Source of the DNA: an uncultured archaeon
Lineage (GTDB): Archaea > Asgardarchaeota > Lokiarchaeia > Sigyniarchaeales > SOKP01
Assembly (NCBI GenBank): GCA_964486045.1
Contig: CAZALK010000006.1
Coordinates: 96,001 to 160,000, forward strand
Length of the DNA stretch: 64,000 bases
Direction of reading: 5' to 3'
Shown: piece after piece, positions 38,597-49,601 of the stretch
Position numbering within the stretch: the stretch's first letter is position 1
How the letters are laid out: every line of letters begins with the position of its first letter
Notes under the pieces: generated by a model
Database searches by the model: none
What the model saw: the letters and a program-made list of their open reading frames with translations, nothing else
What the model was told of the DNA's origin: nothing
Position numbers and translations under genes: made by a program

Positions 38597-41434
38597 CTAA
38601 GATTTTCTAAGGATTAACATTCCTCTCTTTTTTCGAATTCTCCATTTTCTCAGTTCATCCACTACAGAAACGCTAAACGCAGCAAGGATAAGGGTTATCC
38701 AATAAAACGGATGAAATAAAGGCACAACATGAAATGCGATTCCCATAGGTGTATATAATATAAGGAGCTGTAGCGCTAAAGAAAGACCTGTTGCCCAAAA
38801 TAAATGTTTATTTGGAAATAAGTAAAATGGTTTTATGTTTGAAGTACATGTGTAGACAAACAGTAATTCACAAACAACCAGATTCGTAAATATTATCGTT
38901 TGAGATAACTGGATAGCATAATAGTAAGCATCAGAACCGACTGTTGAGTAAGCCATTGTGAGTTGAGGGTCTATTCCAGCTTGAGCCCAACCAGGGATTA
39001 AAACACTCCATAATAATAAATAGAGAGCGATATCCGTGATAGAAGTATATATCCCTAAGAGAAGAACCGGTCCCTTAATTTCAGGCAATAAAGTAAATCC
39101 TATTCGTGGTTTCTCTTGCATGACATCTGGATCTGTTGGTGTAAGTCCTAACACCATAGCCGGAATTCCATCTGTTGCTATATTAAGCCATAAAATTTGA
39201 ATTGGCTTAACTGGGAGTGCCAGAAATACATTGACAAACAGTTTCATAACAATATATGCCGTAAGAATTAAAAATATTTCATCAAAATTAGTACTTAACA
39301 TATATCTAAAGAAACCTTTAGTGGTCTCGAAGATACCTCTCCCTTCTTCTATAGCATTGACTATTGTTGCATAATTATCATCAATCAATATCATTTCAGA
39401 AGCTTCTTGAGTAACTTCTGTACCCTTTAAGCCCATAGCCACACCTACATGTGCTCCTTTCACAGCGGGGGCATCATTTACGCCATCTCCAGTCATTGAA
39501 ACTACTAAATCTAATTCCTTCAATCTACGTAATATTCTTAATTTATGCTCAGATGTAACTCTAGCAAAAACATCTACCGTTTTTACCCTCTCACGAAGTT
39601 CCTCATCATTCATTTCTTCTAAGTCTATTCCAGTAATTGCTTCTGATGATTCAGTTAAACCAATCTCATGCGCAATCGCAATTGCAGTAATTTTATGATC
39701 ACCTGTAATCATAATTGTTCTAATTCCCGCCATCCTTGCCTCCGCAATTGCATCCTTGACTTCATCCCTAGCTGGATCAATAATACCTGCCAAGCCAAGA
39801 TAAATGTAGTCTTGCTCCATTTCTTCTTCCTTATATCCTTCATTTAATGGTTTATAAGCAATTCCTAAAACTCGTAGCGCATTTTTAGCAAATTCCTCAT
39901 TTTTTCCGAGGATCTTATCTTTTACTTCATTTATTGGTTTTACCTGATCATCATATATAGCATGACTCGCATTATTTAGCAGAATATCTGGGGCACCTTT
40001 TATTAATGAATACAATTTACTATCGATTCTTACTGCAACTGACATCATCTTCCTATCAGAATTAAAGGGTATCTCAGCTAATTTCTCTGATTTGGTGTCA
40101 AGTTCCATTTTCATAGCCAATATTTTCATTGAAATTTCAGTTGGATCCCCAACGACATCAGTATCATTTGTCCCATCATTTCTAAGCGACACATTTGAGT
40201 TATTACAAAACATACACACTTCTAAGTATTTTCTTAAATTATCTGTAATTTGGACCTTTTGACTTTTGTCATCAATAATTTTACCTTCAAGAGCATAACC
40301 TACACCCTCCACGTTATATTCAATACCTCCCATAAAAATCTTTACCACAGTCATTTCATTCTTTGTTAAAGTTCCCGTTTTATCTGAACAAATTACATTC
40401 ACTCTTCCTAATGTCTCGACGGCAGTTAATTTTCTTACTAAAGCATTTCTATCAGCCATTTTACGCATTCCGAGAGACATGACTACTGTAATTACAACGA
40501 TTAAACCTTCAGGAACAGCTGATACCGCTAAACTAATTGATATTTCAAATGCTTCAATTATTTCATCAAGTCCCCCTCCTGGAAAGGCTAGAACTAATAC
40601 AAGCTCAGTTACAAACACTATAGCACATATTATCAATATTAAAATTCCAAGAAGCTTTCCAAATCGATTCACCTCTTTTTGAAAAGGACTAAGCTCAAAT
40701 TCTTCTTCTTGTAAACTTGTCGCAATTTTTCCAATCTCTGTGTTCATACCCGTTCCAATTACGATCCCCTCTCCATTTCCTCTCGTAATAATAGTATTCA
40801 TATATCCGAGGTTAGTTCTATCAGCTAAAATCATTTTCTCCTCAACAGGTTTTATCTGCTTTTTAACTGTTTTTGATTCCCCAGTTAGAATCGCCTCATC
40901 CACATATAACGAAAATTCTTTATGAAATCGAATATCCGCGGGAAATTTGTCTCCTTCTCCTACGAGAACAATATCTCCAGGAACAACCTCTTCAACAGCA
41001 ATTTCTATTACTCTTCCACCTCTACGAACTTTAGCAAAATGAGGTGCTAATTTCTTTAAGCTATCTAAAGATTTCTCTGCCTGGTATTCTTGGTAAAATC
41101 CAAGTACAGCGTTTACAATTAAAATAGCCCCTATTACAAGAGCATCAGTATATTCTGTGGACCAAGTTTCACCTGATGTTGCCGCTTTATATAATCCAAT
41201 TACAATTGATATAATAACTGCAAAAATTAATAAATAGATAAGAAAATCCTTAAATTGTCCTATAAAGATTTGTAATGCTGTCTTTCCTTTTTCTTTTACT
41301 AGCTCATTTCTACCGTATTTTTCAAGTCTAGCTTTTACTTCTACTTCTGTTAATCCTTTATCTGTTGAAGTATTCATTACTTTTAGAACTTCGCTAACAT
41401 CTATAGAATGTGCGTTAATATTTTCCAAGTTCAA
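38597..41434 (-). CDS. Cation-transporting P-type ATPase (P2, Ca2+-type)
   Basis: TGES, VPEGL, DKTGTLT, TGDGVNDAP. Confidence 0.95.
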   Translation of the reverse strand: MNLENINAHSIDVSEVLKVMNTSTDKGLTEVEVKARLEKYGRNELVKEKGKTALQIFIGQFKDFLIYLLIFAVIISIVIGLYKAATSGETWSTEYTDALVIGAILIVNAVLGFYQEYQAEKSLDSLKKLAPHFAKVRRGGRVIEIAVEEVVPGDIVLVGEGDKFPADIRFHKEFSLYVDEAILTGESKTVKKQIKPVEEKMILADRTNLGYMNTIITRGNGEGIVIGTGMNTEIGKIATSLQEEEFELSPFQKEVNRFGKLLGILILIICAIVFVTELVLVLAFPGGGLDEIIEAFEISISLAVSAVPEGLIVVITVVMSLGMRKMADRNALVRKLTAVETLGRVNVICSDKTGTLTKNEMTVVKIFMGGIEYNVEGVGYALEGKIIDDKSQKVQITDNLRKYLEVCMFCNNSNVSLRNDGTNDTDVVGDPTEISMKILAMKMELDTKSEKLAEIPFNSDRKMMSVAVRIDSKLYSLIKGAPDILLNNASHAIYDDQVKPINEVKDKILGKNEEFAKNALRVLGIAYKPLNEGYKEEEMEQDYIYLGLAGIIDPARDEVKDAIAEARMAGIRTIMITGDHKITAIAIAHEIGLTESSEAITGIDLEEMNDEELRERVKTVDVFARVTSEHKLRILRRLKELDLVVSMTGDGVNDAPAVKGAHVGVAMGLKGTEVTQEASEMILIDDNYATIVNAIEEGRGIFETTKGFFRYMLSTNFDEIFLILTAYIVMKLFVNVFLALPVKPIQILWLNIATDGIPAMVLGLTPTDPDVMQEKPRIGFTLLPEIKGPVLLLGIYTSITDIALYLLLWSVLIPGWAQAGIDPQLTMAYSTVGSDAYYYAIQLSQTIIFTNLVVCELLFVYTCTSNIKPFYLFPNKHLFWATGLSLALQLLILYTPMGIAFHVVPLFHPFYWITLILAAFSVSVVDELRKWRIRKKRGMLILRKS

Positions 41435-42187
41435 TCAATTCTTTTTATTTTCATATTAATTCGGGGATAATTAAAAAAATCTTAAAATTGAATTTTTTTT
41501 AAATTTTTGTTTCGTTATAATATGTTATTTTAGGCGATAAAATAATAAATGTATTATTAAATTATTGTACAAATTCAGTATATTTAAATTTATGATTTTA
41601 CTATAATTTTTGATTTTTATCAAAGATTGACTATCTGATTAGAGTGGAAAAAATGAAAAAAAACAAAGTAGTGTTTATATGTGCCATCAGCGGCATCTTA
41701 ATGTTCTCGTATCCTATAATCGGGATGTTTTTATTTTCGATTGATTTTTTAATCTTATAATTATCTTTTCATATTCCGGTCTTTATGCAGGTTTCTTAAC
41801 ATTATTTGGGGCAATTATTTCAAAGATGGATTATAGTCTTCTTGGCATAGATTATATTAAAATAGGAATAAATTCTATAAGGATTGGAATTATATTAGGG
41901 CTTACTAGTTTAATGGTCTTTATAGTTTTAAGCATATTAAATATTATTTTTTTTGATAGATATTTTATCTAAACGATTATTTTTTTTAGTTTTATATACA
42001 GGATCTTCAATAAAAAGTTCAGTATTATAATATGGGCAGATATGTCAGCATTGAGCATAATCAGTTTATGTGTCTTCATCCCAGATAGTATTATATTCAC
42101 CCCAAATGCTCGGGTTAATTAAACAACTACTAAAATTAATAATTTCTTCTTCATCACAGTGCTATACACCAACTTTTAAAGATTTTA

Positions 42188-43699
42188 TCAACCGAGGAAT
42201 TTTCTTATATTTGCTGCACTTAAAATATATTCTTCTAGATTTCCTTTTTCACTATTTTTTATATCTTGAATTTTTTCTGTTATCTTCTTATGAACTTCAT
42301 CGATTTCTGGAAATTTTGGAAAATCTTTCAGAAACTCTTTAAGTTCTTTTGGTATAAAACGACTTTCAATGTTAAAGTATTTCAATGAGTCTTTTAAATC
42401 TTTTTCAAAATGTACATAGACTTCACTAACAAATTGGTAGTCATCGTTATCTAATGCATTCAGACCTAAGATTTCTGGGGGTAATCCCAAAGAATAGAGA
42501 GCCGCGGTAAACTTAATTGCTCTAGGCAAAGCAATTCCTCCCATGTTGCGAGAATAACCAAATAGACCTATGTGTAACTTCCTTTTTCTTCTACTAGGTA
42601 CATATCTTGCAATATCATTGATTACTGGTGCTAATTTTACTACTTGTTTTTGATATTCTTTCAAATATTTATAAATTATCTCTAAGCATCTTTCTTCATT
42701 TATTTCTTGAGGTTGTTTTATTCTTATTTTTTTTAACTTGCTAATGGCTTTAATAACGTCTTCAGGAGGATTATCATACTTAAATGCTGATTGTATAGTA
42801 AATGTGCTTACACTTGGATATTCCTCAGTGACATTTTCTACATTTTGTGGTCTAAGATTACCTCTAAATGGAGCAGACCCGACCCCTATAATTGGACAAA
42901 TTTTAACCCCTATATCTTCTGATAATCTATATAATCTTTGTAGGGTAATCTTGTTCAAAAGAACAGCGCTAATTAGACCATAATTTAATGCGGGGTCTGA
43001 TCTTGCTAAAAAAACTCGTTGATATTCTAAATTCTTATCTTGTAAGTAGTCTCGTGTTATGTTGTGTGCATTTAGCATGTGCTCAATATCTTCAAAAAGA
43101 GGTATAACGTTAATTTTTTTAGGTTTGAATTCTCCGATCCAATCACCAATCGTTGTCTTTCCACTTGTTAATATTTTCTTTTCTTTTCCTACTACGATAT
43201 CTGAGTAATACCTGTAAACATTGTTTATTTCCATTGATGATGCAGTCATTGGTAGGATAATCTCAAAAATTGGTGCTTTATCGTTATTGTAAAATATTCT
43301 AGCAGCATCAAACGACCTTGGAATGCTTTCTAATGCTTCTAATAAGACTTTTCCTTCCGCTTTTTCAACTGATGGGTTTGGTCCTCTTAAAGTTAGATTT
43401 AAATCCTCGCCTAATGTTTTTTCTTTGAAAAAAGATTTATATTTTGTTAATAATTTTTTAACAACATAACTATCAACTTCCTTCCCTTCACAATCCCACA
43501 TTTGCTCGTCACATCCTAAATGAGAAAATGCATAATATGCTTCTTTTATTTCATCTTCACCACCAATAACTGCATTATTCACAAAAAAAGGAGAATTTAC
43601 ATTATCAGGGTGTTGCGTACTCATACATCTGGGGATTTTTACCTTTGTATTTACCATAGTTTTAATATTTAATTGTTTTGATAAAAAAATTACCTTCAA
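42188..43699 (-). CDS. ppcA: Archaeal-type phosphoenolpyruvate carboxylase (likely start 43657)
   Basis: IPRCMSTQHPDN, FLARSDPALNYG, GSAPFRG, LPRAIKFT. Confidence 0.93.
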   Translation of the reverse strand: MKVIFLSKQLNIKTMVNTKVKIPRCMSTQHPDNVNSPFFVNNAVIGGEDEIKEAYYAFSHLGCDEQMWDCEGKEVDSYVVKKLLTKYKSFFKEKTLGEDLNLTLRGPNPSVEKAEGKVLLEALESIPRSFDAARIFYNNDKAPIFEIILPMTASSMEINNVYRYYSDIVVGKEKKILTSGKTTIGDWIGEFKPKKINVIPLFEDIEHMLNAHNITRDYLQDKNLEYQRVFLARSDPALNYGLISAVLLNKITLQRLYRLSEDIGVKICPIIGVGSAPFRGNLRPQNVENVTEEYPSVSTFTIQSAFKYDNPPEDVIKAISKLKKIRIKQPQEINEERCLEIIYKYLKEYQKQVVKLAPVINDIARYVPSRRKRKLHIGLFGYSRNMGGIALPRAIKFTAALYSLGLPPEILGLNALDNDDYQFVSEVYVHFEKDLKDSLKYFNIESRFIPKELKEFLKDFPKFPEIDEVHKKITEKIQDIKNSEKGNLEEYILSAANIRKFLG

Positions 43700-43802
43700 T
43701 TGTTGCTTAAATATTTATTTTTATATTTACAATGAAATATTTCTGTGTAATAATAAAGACAGTTACTGCATGAAAAAAGACAGCTTAAATGGTTTATTAA
43801 AT

Positions 43803-44606
43803 CTATTCCAGTTCATCTACTCCCTTAGTTCTTATGTCAGGACGTGGTGGTACTTGATAATATCTCTGTGTGGGATATCCAAGGATTATAACACCCCAAA
43901 CATTTCCAGTTACACCAAATTGTTCTCGGACTCCTTTATTTGATCTCAGAACTCCATGAGCTAACCCGATCCAGCAAGATCCCAACCCTAAAGTTTGGGC
44001 GCATAACATCCCATATGTCAGAGCTATTGTAGAATTCATAGCATCTCCTGGATTTCTTGAATGTATTATCATAACATGAGGGGCGTTATAAAATATGGTA
44101 TCTATACTAAGTTTTTTAGCTTTTCTGAAATTCTCGCTGTACCTTGGGTTGCTAGAAGCAATTATCGAATCCATAACCACATCTGACAACTCTTTAATCT
44201 TCTCAGCTTCAGAAATTATTTTACATCGCAACGTTCGGATATTTGCCCCTGTAGGAGCATATTTCATGGTATCTAAAACTTTTTCTAATAATTCTTTAGG
44301 AACTTTTTTCTTTTTATATCCTCTAATCGATCTTTTAGCACTCATGAATTTATGCATGTTTTCGTATGAAATTAATTTACTCGGGTCTTGAACTTGCTCA
44401 AACGTTAAAAATTCTCCCATATTCTTGTGTAAAAACGCATCAGATTTGCATCTTGCCATGCACCGTCCGCATGAATCACATAAATGATTAGGATCTTCAA
44501 ACACTATTTTATTTTGTTCTTTATCATGTTGAAAAAATCGTGCACATGAATTTATGCATATCTGACAATTATTACATTTTTCATAATCTATTCCTAATAT
44601 TGGCAT
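43803..44606 (-). CDS. Ferredoxin-nitroreductase fusion
   Basis: CNNCQICINSC and CDSCGRCMARC, then KRSIRGY, APTGAN. Confidence 0.88.
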   Translation of the reverse strand: MPILGIDYEKCNNCQICINSCARFFQHDKEQNKIVFEDPNHLCDSCGRCMARCKSDAFLHKNMGEFLTFEQVQDPSKLISYENMHKFMSAKRSIRGYKKKKVPKELLEKVLDTMKYAPTGANIRTLRCKIISEAEKIKELSDVVMDSIIASSNPRYSENFRKAKKLSIDTIFYNAPHVMIIHSRNPGDAMNSTIALTYGMLCAQTLGLGSCWIGLAHGVLRSNKGVREQFGVTGNVWGVIILGYPTQRYYQVPPRPDIRTKGVDELE

Positions 44607-44674
44607 AATAAATAGAAATTCAGTTTAAGTAATTTTTCGATTTATTTCTGTTTCTTAGAATAATAAAGAGTGAT

Positions 44675-45652
44675 TTAATTATTTTTTTTAATTTCAAAAT
44701 TGACATTTTCGAACTTATTATGGATAGTTCGGTAAATTCTAAATTTTCCATCATCTACAGCATGAGTTATAATTTCGTCAATCTCTTTTTCATTTAGAAA
44801 TCCTTCTGAAATGATTTTGTCTATCTTTGAATACACCAATTCCCTAATTTTATATCTAAACCTATTTTTTTTCTTTTCATTAATAGCTTCAGACAATTCT
44901 AAATGTTCTTTGTGATCCATAATATTTTGCACTAAATCTTCCACTCCTTCCCCTGAAATAGCGTCAGTCATAGAAACTGGTGGTCTCCACCCACTTTGGA
45001 AAGTAGAATCGTCAAGCATCATCTCTATTTGTACAGCGATATCTTCGCCACCTAAATCTTTTTTGTTAATATCGTAAATATCACCTATTTCAATGATGCC
45101 TGCTTTCTGCATCTGTATCGCATCTCCATAACCGGGCACAAGAATAACAACAACTGAATAAACTAAATTATAAATGTCAAACTCTGCTTGACCGACACCT
45201 ACAGTTTCGATAATTATTAAATCCATCCCAAATGCTTCATATAATAAGCTTATATCAAAAACTGCTCTCGAAATCCCACCTTTATACCCTCTTGATGCGA
45301 GGCTTCTCATGAATACATTTGGGTGTAAAGAAATATTGGTCATCCTTATCCTATCACCAAGAAATGCTCCCCCGCTAAATGGACTTGTAGGATCTACGCA
45401 GATTATTCCGATCCTTTTTCCTTCATCTAATAACTTCTTGCAGATTGCCCCTGTTAATGTACTTTTTCCAACCCCAGGAGAGCCAGTAATCCCGATAATG
45501 TATGAATTATGTTTTACGTCTTCAAAATGTTTAAAAATTTCATGAGCTTTTTCTGGCTCATTTTCTATGATTGTTATTAATCTTGCTAAGGCGATTTTAT
45601 CATTATTTTTAAATTTAGTGATCAAAGCATTAATGTCATAGTTTTTTTTCAA
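44675..45652 (-). CDS. meaB: Acyl-CoA mutase-associated GTPase chaperone
   Basis: GITGSPGVGKST, DPTSPFSGGA.LGDRIRM, ETVGVGQ. Confidence 0.93.
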   Translation of the reverse strand: MKKNYDINALITKFKNNDKIALARLITIIENEPEKAHEIFKHFEDVKHNSYIIGITGSPGVGKSTLTGAICKKLLDEGKRIGIICVDPTSPFSGGAFLGDRIRMTNISLHPNVFMRSLASRGYKGGISRAVFDISLLYEAFGMDLIIIETVGVGQAEFDIYNLVYSVVVILVPGYGDAIQMQKAGIIEIGDIYDINKKDLGGEDIAVQIEMMLDDSTFQSGWRPPVSMTDAISGEGVEDLVQNIMDHKEHLELSEAINEKKKNRFRYKIRELVYSKIDKIISEGFLNEKEIDEIITHAVDDGKFRIYRTIHNKFENVNFEIKKNN

Positions 45653-45720
45653 GAAGTAGCAACCCCATTCAAAAATAGCTTAAAATTATATTATAGAAAA
45701 GAAAATATTACATAGTTTTT

Positions 45721-46119
45721 TTATTTTTTGATGTTATTTCTAATAAATTCAATAATATCTTTCGTGAGAGTTCCAGGTCCGTAGACGTTCGCTACGCCCA
45801 TTTCTCGTAGTTTTGGAAAATCTTTCGCAGGGATAACTCCCCCAAGCAGAATCATAATATCATCAAAAACACCTTTTTCTTTTAACAAATCAATGATTTC
45901 TTGAGTATAAGCAAAGTGAGCCCCTGAATGAATACTCAACCCAATTATATCAACATCTTCTTGAATTGCTGCTTCCACAATTTCCTGAACATTTTGAAAT
46001 CCACCAAATATAAGCTCCATACCTGCATCTCTAATAGCTCTTGAGACAACAATCCCACCCCGCCAATGACCATCAATTCCAGGTTTTGACATTAGTACTC
46101 TTATTTTCTTATCATCCAT
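45721..46119 (-). CDS. Acyl-CoA mutase cobalamin-binding small subunit
   Basis: KPGIDGHWRG (DxHxxG), GLSIHSG, GGVIP. Confidence 0.93.
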   Translation of the reverse strand: MDDKKIRVLMSKPGIDGHWRGGIVVSRAIRDAGMELIFGGFQNVQEIVEAAIQEDVDIIGLSIHSGAHFAYTQEIIDLLKEKGVFDDIMILLGGVIPAKDFPKLREMGVANVYGPGTLTKDIIEFIRNNIKK

Positions 46120-46137
46120 ATGATTTCACCTCAAGAT

Positions 46138-47814
46138 TTAAATTGCTAATGGAGGTTCCCAGATACCCCAAATTTCTCTATAAATATCACAAATCTCACC
46201 CACAGTTGCCCCTTCTCTAGTTGCTTCCATTATGATAGGCATAACATTTTCTTCTTTTTCGCACACATCTCTCAATTTGTCTAAAATCTTTTCTAATTTT
46301 GCGTTATCTCGTTTGGCTTTCAAATTATTAATTCTCTCAATTTCAACGGTAATAGCTTTCTTATTGGTTCTAAATACATCAGTAACATCGTCATATGGAA
46401 CGGGATACTTATTGACACCAAGCATAATTTCATCACCACTTTCAATACGTGTTCTTCTCTTGTGGAAGGCATCCCTCATTTCCTTATATAAAAATCCAGA
46501 CGAAAGAGCTTTATCAATTGATCCGGCCTGTTGGATTTTATCCATATACTTCCATACCCTCTCCTCGATTTCGTCAGTTAGCCATTCAATAAAGTATGAG
46601 CCTGCGAGAGGATCGATTGTATTATGAATCCGAGTTTCATCTGAAATTATTTGTTGGGTTCTTAAAGCAACTAAGGCAGCTTCCTCAGATGGTAAACAAA
46701 TTGCTTCATCATAAGAATTAGTGTGTAATGATTGACAACCACCGAGATTTGCTTCTAAAGCTTGAATTGCGGTTCTTACAATATTCACCTTAGGTAGTTG
46801 TGCTGTCAAAGAAGAACCTGCAGTCTGAACATGGAATCGAAATCCAAAATTTTTTGGATCCTTAGCTTCATACTTATCTTTCATTAACTTATACCAAATT
46901 CTCCTAGCTGCTCTAAATTTTGCAATTTCTTCAAAGAAGTCTTTATGGGCCGCTAAATGGAAGGCTAAACGCCCCACAAAATCATCAGCTTTCCATCCCC
47001 GTTCTATTAGATTGTCAATATGAGAACAAGCGCTAGCAAATACGAATCCAAGTTCTTGAACCGCATCTATTCCACCTTCTCGATAATTATATCCAGTAAA
47101 ATTAATAGGATGCCAATTTGGAACGTTTTTCATTGGTACTGTCCATTCAATAAAATCGCAGGCTAAACGTAGAATGTGATTAGGAGGACAATTTTTATAA
47201 GGAATGTAGCCTACTGTCATTGTTAAAATGTCATTTTGAGTAGTTCCCCTTAATTGACTTATATCATACCCACGCATTTTTGCCATATTAAAATACATAG
47301 CACATACAGGAGCAGATGTGAAAGGTTCTACTACTAAGGCTACACTTATTTTATCAATTGGAATATCTTCAGTTAAGGCAAAAAGACTATCAATACAATA
47401 TAATGGTACTCCAGATGTTCCAACTTCAGGGGCAGCATCTGGATTAGTAGGGTCAATTCCATTAAAAGTTAATGCATCAACTGCAGCGCTAAAACCCGTT
47501 TCACCATTTTCAAAGAGAAACTTCCATCTTTTATTAGTTTCTTCAGGAGTTCCGTGACCCGAAAATAATCTCATAGTCCACAATCGCCCCCTATACATAG
47601 AAGGATAAACTCCCCTTGTATATGGAGGGACTCCTGGAAAACTGATATCGCTTAAATAATCCTTTTCTTTGAGATCTAAAGGAGTATATAATTGCTTAAT
47701 TGGAATCTCAGAGTCGGTTACAAATTTAACATCGCGTTCTTTTAGACTTTCATAAAGCTTTTCCCACTTCTCTTTTTCTTCTCTGACTTTTTCCAAATAA
47801 TTTTTATCAAACAA
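46138..47814 (-). CDS. Acyl-CoA mutase large (substrate-binding) subunit, methylmalonyl/isobutyryl-CoA mutase family
   Basis: PYTRG.YP.MYRGRLWTMR, GTTQNDIL, HTNSYDEA, DPLAGS. Confidence 0.92.
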   Translation of the reverse strand: MFDKNYLEKVREEKEKWEKLYESLKERDVKFVTDSEIPIKQLYTPLDLKEKDYLSDISFPGVPPYTRGVYPSMYRGRLWTMRLFSGHGTPEETNKRWKFLFENGETGFSAAVDALTFNGIDPTNPDAAPEVGTSGVPLYCIDSLFALTEDIPIDKISVALVVEPFTSAPVCAMYFNMAKMRGYDISQLRGTTQNDILTMTVGYIPYKNCPPNHILRLACDFIEWTVPMKNVPNWHPINFTGYNYREGGIDAVQELGFVFASACSHIDNLIERGWKADDFVGRLAFHLAAHKDFFEEIAKFRAARRIWYKLMKDKYEAKDPKNFGFRFHVQTAGSSLTAQLPKVNIVRTAIQALEANLGGCQSLHTNSYDEAICLPSEEAALVALRTQQIISDETRIHNTIDPLAGSYFIEWLTDEIEERVWKYMDKIQQAGSIDKALSSGFLYKEMRDAFHKRRTRIESGDEIMLGVNKYPVPYDDVTDVFRTNKKAITVEIERINNLKAKRDNAKLEKILDKLRDVCEKEENVMPIIMEATREGATVGEICDIYREIWGIWEPPLAI

Positions 47815-47888
47815 TCTTAAATCACAGAAATTTGCTAATTATCTTTATGTAATTTAAGAAATGATATTTATATTTATTTTTTTAAAAT
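47800..47888. repeat. Mutase start/upstream segment duplicated at about 49735-49825
   Basis: AAACAATC..AAATCAC.GAAATTTGCTAATTATCTTTATGTA..TTAAGAAATGATATTT shared between copies. Confidence 0.75.
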
Positions 47889-47973
47889 AAACATATTTTA
47901 AATTTCAAAAGAAACTAAAATGCTTTACTTATTATTTAAAAATATAATAATTAAACATATTCAATTCAGCTAA

Positions 47974-48511
47974 TCAATCTGTTTTTTCTTTCTTTTCTAT
48001 TCTATCCAATACCTCTTGAATCTTTTTCAATTCTCCCAGTATTAAATTGGCATTTTGAATTTCTCGGGATTTTTTAAATCTTGATCTTGAGCATCTATAT
48101 TCCGTATTTTATCCCTTATTGCCGTACGAATAAACTCCGATTGAGTTTGATGAGAATTACGAGCATATTTTTTTAAATCATCTAATTCTGGGATAAAAAC
48201 TACAAATTTAACTTGCTTCTCTTTTAATGCTTTTTTAACTAAATGTAATTCTTCTCTTCTTCTCTCCTTCTCAATTTCTCTTGCTCTTTGTTCCTCCTCA
48301 TTAAGTTTTTCTAGATTAAATCTATCACATGTTCGTTCTCTATTTTCACTCCAAAGCTACCCACAAAGGATTTGCGCCCAATGTATTTTTTATTCAAATC
48401 CAACTGAGGAATAGAGACACCAATTAATTCTTCTAAATCTCTTAATGATTTAGCCTCAACGGGTTTTAATTTGAGTTTTTTTTCCATCCAAGAACTTTCT
48501 TTTTCAATCAT
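47974..48511 (-). pseudogene. Frameshifted ribbon-helix-helix (CopG-like) regulator relic
   Basis: A shifted frame reads QVKFVVFIPELDDLKKYARNSHQTQSEFIRTAIRDKI; at least two frame changes are needed. Confidence 0.45.
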
Positions 48512-48769
48512 TTTTAAATCTCCTTTTTTTTACAAAAAATTTCTTTCCTAATGAAACTGAACCATATAAATTCCAGTTTCAGCAAACCGGATTTTCTGCT
48601 TGGAAAGAATTAGTTCTTTTTTCTTAATAAAATAATTATTGCACAAATTTGGTACATATTTTATTGGGAGACAACAAAGTTATCCAAAAAAATTTAAAAA
48701 TCCGAAATCTGAAAAGCTTGATAATCAAATGTTTTACAATCGGGATATATAATATCTAAATTTTTTATA

Positions 48770-48910
48770 ATCAATCTGTCATGCCTCAAAAAAATCAAAA
48801 GCTCTCTTAGTATCCCATAGGTTCTTGATGTTCTTGATACCGTTATAAAGATCTGTTAAAAGGTTTTGATCACAGGGGTACATCTGATGTGATGGATAGA
48901 ATTCAAGATT
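48770..48910 (-). pseudogene. C-terminal relic of a metallo-beta-lactamase-fold paralog of 57413-58261
   Basis: Nucleotide similarity to about 57450-57590; Trp codon changed to TGA. Confidence 0.75.
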
Positions 48911-48952
48911 TTTATTTTTTTCAAATAAATCTATTAAATAAATCTCCCATTA

Positions 48953-49390
48953 TTACTCCCATAATTCAAGAAAATCAAATTCTGAAAATGCGTTAATTCG
49001 TGGAAAATGCTTTTTATCCTTTGTTATTAAAATAATCTTGTTGGCGATTGCTATAGAAGCATTTAATAAATCAAATTGAGGCACTCGCATCCCGCTTCTG
49101 TCCAATTCCGCACAAATCTCTCCATATATTTTACTAGAATTTGAATCTAATGTTTTTATTTCGGAAAGATTAGTGATAAAATTATTTAATTTTTTTGCTT
49201 CAACAATTTGTTTCTGTTTTGATTTTAGAGTATAGACTCCGTACCACAATTCACATGAAGTTAAATAAGTAATCGTTAAATCTGTTCCTTGTGATATTAA
49301 ATTTTTGATTTTTTTTTCTACTTTTGAATCATTTCCTCTCAAAAAATCAATAGCTATATTTGTTTCTACTATTTTAATCATTCTTTCCAC
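48953..49390 (-). CDS. vapC: PIN-domain toxin (VapC family)
   Basis: IVETNIAID, ELWYG, FDLLNASIA, LITKDKKHF. Confidence 0.88.
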   Translation of the reverse strand: MERMIKIVETNIAIDFLRGNDSKVEKKIKNLISQGTDLTITYLTSCELWYGVYTLKSKQKQIVEAKKLNNFITNLSEIKTLDSNSSKIYGEICAELDRSGMRVPQFDLLNASIAIANKIILITKDKKHFPRINAFSEFDFLELWE

Positions 49391-49601
49391 TACCAGTTAA
49401 ATTTTCCTCTCTGATTTTTGTTAATTTTTCCCCCAATCCTTCCCATAATTCAGGATCAAATTTTTTTTGCATCATTAACCAAGGATTTTTTTTCGTAGAT
49501 ACAAGTCTCTCAATCACATTTGAAAAAGATTCTCCTTCCCTTTTTTCTTTCTTTAATAATTTAAAAACTCGTTCTGATAATGAAATTGTTTTTTGAGTCA
49601 T
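49374..49601 (-). CDS. vapB: Archaeal VapB-type antitoxin
   Basis: KTISLSE..F..LK.EKREGESFS.VIERL; overlaps the toxin gene. Confidence 0.85.
   Translation of the reverse strand: MTQKTISLSERVFKLLKKEKREGESFSNVIERLVSTKKNPWLMMQKKFDPELWEGLGEKLTKIREENLTGSGKND

Noticed and set aside
41653-42060. Possible degraded membrane-protein gene (MKKNKVVFICAISG...)
   Set aside because: Multiple stops and frameshifts, no recognisable family, and no BHB structure found that repairs it.
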